From: Azolla caroliniana | Lineage: Eukaryota > Plantae > Polypodiophyta | Direction of reading: 5' to 3' | Assembly: GCA_043228905.1 (NCBI GenBank) | Contig: JBHGNT010000014.1 | Span: 1,860,001 to 1,924,000, forward strand | DNA length: 64,000 nucleotides | Shown: in pieces, positions 62,261 to 64,000 of the stretch | Position numbering within the stretch: position 1 is the first letter of the stretch | Layout: the number at the start of each line of letters is the position of its first letter | Program-made: the position numbers and the translations under genes | The notes under the pieces: model-generated | The model's database searches: none | What the model saw: only the letters and a program-made list of their open reading frames with translations | Told to the model about the DNA's origin: nothing

Positions 62261-63966
62261 CAGCTTTTTGGCTGTGGTGCTTGTGGTGAAAATCTTTTTC
62301 AAATTTCCCCAAGCATCCTTCGGCGTTTTCGCATACCGAATATAGCTTAGAAGTTGTTCACCCACACAAGCTGCAAAGCAGTAGAGAACTCTGCTCGCCG
62401 ATTGTTCCCAAGCCGGGAAGTCTTTGTGTGTTGAATCGGGTGCTGTGTCATTTGCTCTGTCGACATAGATCCGATATCCATGCCCAAGCAGGTACTAGTG
62501 CATCTTGTACAACCAAGACGCATAGTTGTTTCTGTCGAGCTTCTCAGTTGGAAGCGAGCTAGCCATGCCTCTATCCATTTTGTTTTCCTTGTTCTTTACA
62601 AAGGTTAGGTTTTCTTCTGAAGCTAATGTCGGCTGCAAAGGTTCTCAACCCTCGCGCTCTGATACCATGTGAAAAGAACAACGTGCGGAAGCAATAGAAA
62701 GCGGAACGTAGGAAAAAACGCAGGTTTAATGGAGAGCTTGGACACACACACAATACGCGGGGGGGGGAGAGAGAGAGAGAGTCAATACACACAACTCTAT
62801 TCAAAAAATAATATTCAGTTTGTACATAGAATGTGCTCAGTGAGCACTTTTATACAAGTCCGTACGGACTGACAGAAGTACTGACACGTACTTCAATGCT
62901 CATAAATGAGCTCTACAGTAACTCCCAAAATATATTCCTACGTGGAATACCTTTCCAACGGCCTCACGGTTTACACACCGCTACGGCTTCTCATTGCGCA
63001 CTAGTTTGCGTAACAGTTTACGCACCCGGTTTACGCACCGATCTGGCCCAAGGTTGTTAGGTACGTTAGGTACGGTACGGATACCATACGTATTTAACGT
63101 ATTAATACCCGTATAGTACCTCCCAATTTAAAAATACGTTAAATACGTTTTGTTAATATGTTAAATACTTACAAAATAGGTATTTTACCTATAGTACGTT
63201 AAATACTTCTAGAATTTGAAAATTATTTAACTTTCTAAAAAATATCTATAATATTGTAAAAAATATCTATGTTTACACAATTTTGTGATGTACAATATAG
63301 TTCTACATCCTAAAATGCATATAAGACATTTGAACATTTCACATCCTAAAATACTTGTAGTAATATGGATGTCGACATTCCCTTATTCTATAAATCAGTG
63401 TAAGTGTGTATCACGATGTTCTACTTCAAATTGTAATTATTTACAATTATGCCTTCATAGATTGAGGAATGGTCTACGATTATCACACTCATGATAGGTT
63501 TCTCTTTTCTTCATTTTCTTCTTCTTCTTCTTCTATCTTTTGCGATTATCACACTCAAGACAGATTTATGTCTTCTTTTCTCTCTTCTTCTTCTTCTTCT
63601 TCGTCATCTTCTTCATCATTGTCTCTTCTATTCTTCTTCCTTCCTTCCTTTGGCCTCTTTTTCACTAAAATCTTTTTTTTCCTTTTGCTTTTTGTTAGGG
63701 TTTTACTTACATTTTCTTTATAAATACGTATTATACCTGTTTTTTTATAAATACGTTAAATACGGTATTGGACAAATGTACATGATATTTGACTAAACAA
63801 CATTGAGGTATAGTACGTATTATACAAATGATGAGGTACTATATGTATTTAAACGTTAAATACGGGTACGTAAACAACCATGGTCCGGCCTTACCGATCG
63901 GTCCCAACCGATCCGGTTCTTGGCTTGCACAGCCGATTCGGCCAATGTTGAGCTTGTATCTAAATA
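62261..63966 (-). mobile_element. Copia G 5' fragment (Copia A family): LTR 62668-63966, PBS and gag N-terminus
   Basis: PBS TGGTATCAGAGC at 62656-62667; gag MDRGMASSLPTEKLD; LTR similar to 35641-36069 and interrupted by a MITE. Confidence 0.85.
63049..63882. mobile_element. Non-autonomous hAT-type element (MITE), copy 2, inverted relative to copy 1
   Basis: TIRs CAAGGTTGTT/AACAACCATG; degenerate 8-bp TSD ATCTGGCC/GTCCGGCC; reverse-complement match to 33276-34101. Confidence 0.85.
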
Positions 63967-64000
63967 ATCCTCTCGAGGGAGTTACATGGAATGATGCACC

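Larger units (their letters stand above)
53028..62266 (-). mobile_element. Gypsy B (relative of Gypsy A): RT-RH-IN and 3' LTR 53028-54126; 5' half deleted; interrupted by Copia F
   Basis: Pol fragments 61448-62260, 60800-61476 and 54199-55430 are highly similar to Gypsy A Pol. PPT at 54127-54139. The LTR has 12-bp inverted ends TGTCGTGAAGAT/ATCTTCACGACA. Confidence 0.88.

Overview
Eukaryotic, transposon-saturated (heterochromatin-like) DNA, most likely from a non-seed land plant (inferred from the mix of Tcn1-like chromovirus, tRNA-Trp-primed non-chromovirus Gypsy, Copia and Sola-like elements). Apart from one tRNA-Thr(CGT) at 49063-49134 there is no ordinary host gene. Target-site duplications (TSDs) and rejoined reading frames resolve a nest four layers deep. 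A chromovirus remnant (36070-37675) contains Copia A (6176-36069). Copia A contains Gypsy A (<1-6175), a Sola2-like DNA transposon (6864-26434) and Copia B (29638-35525). The Sola2-like element contains a Copia (8422-13910) and a second, Sola1-like DNA transposon (15725-23261). The main discovery is this 7.5-kb Sola1-like element, bounded by 37-bp TIRs and a 4-bp AGTT TSD. It carries, divergently from its transposase, a six-exon gene of about 950 codons encoding a ParB/Srx-like domain fused to a prokaryote-type beta-class DNA amino-methyltransferase (DIPY ... FSGTG; 6mA or 4mC). This copy is decayed (two premature stops), but it points to a family of plant DNA transposons carrying their own DNA-modification enzyme. 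The right third holds further nested Copia and Gypsy elements, including one with an uninterrupted 1360-aa ORF and a Copia-gag/Gypsy-pol chimera. Two copies of a hAT-type MITE are also present (33276-34101, 63049-63882). Family names rest on motif recognition by eye, with no database search.
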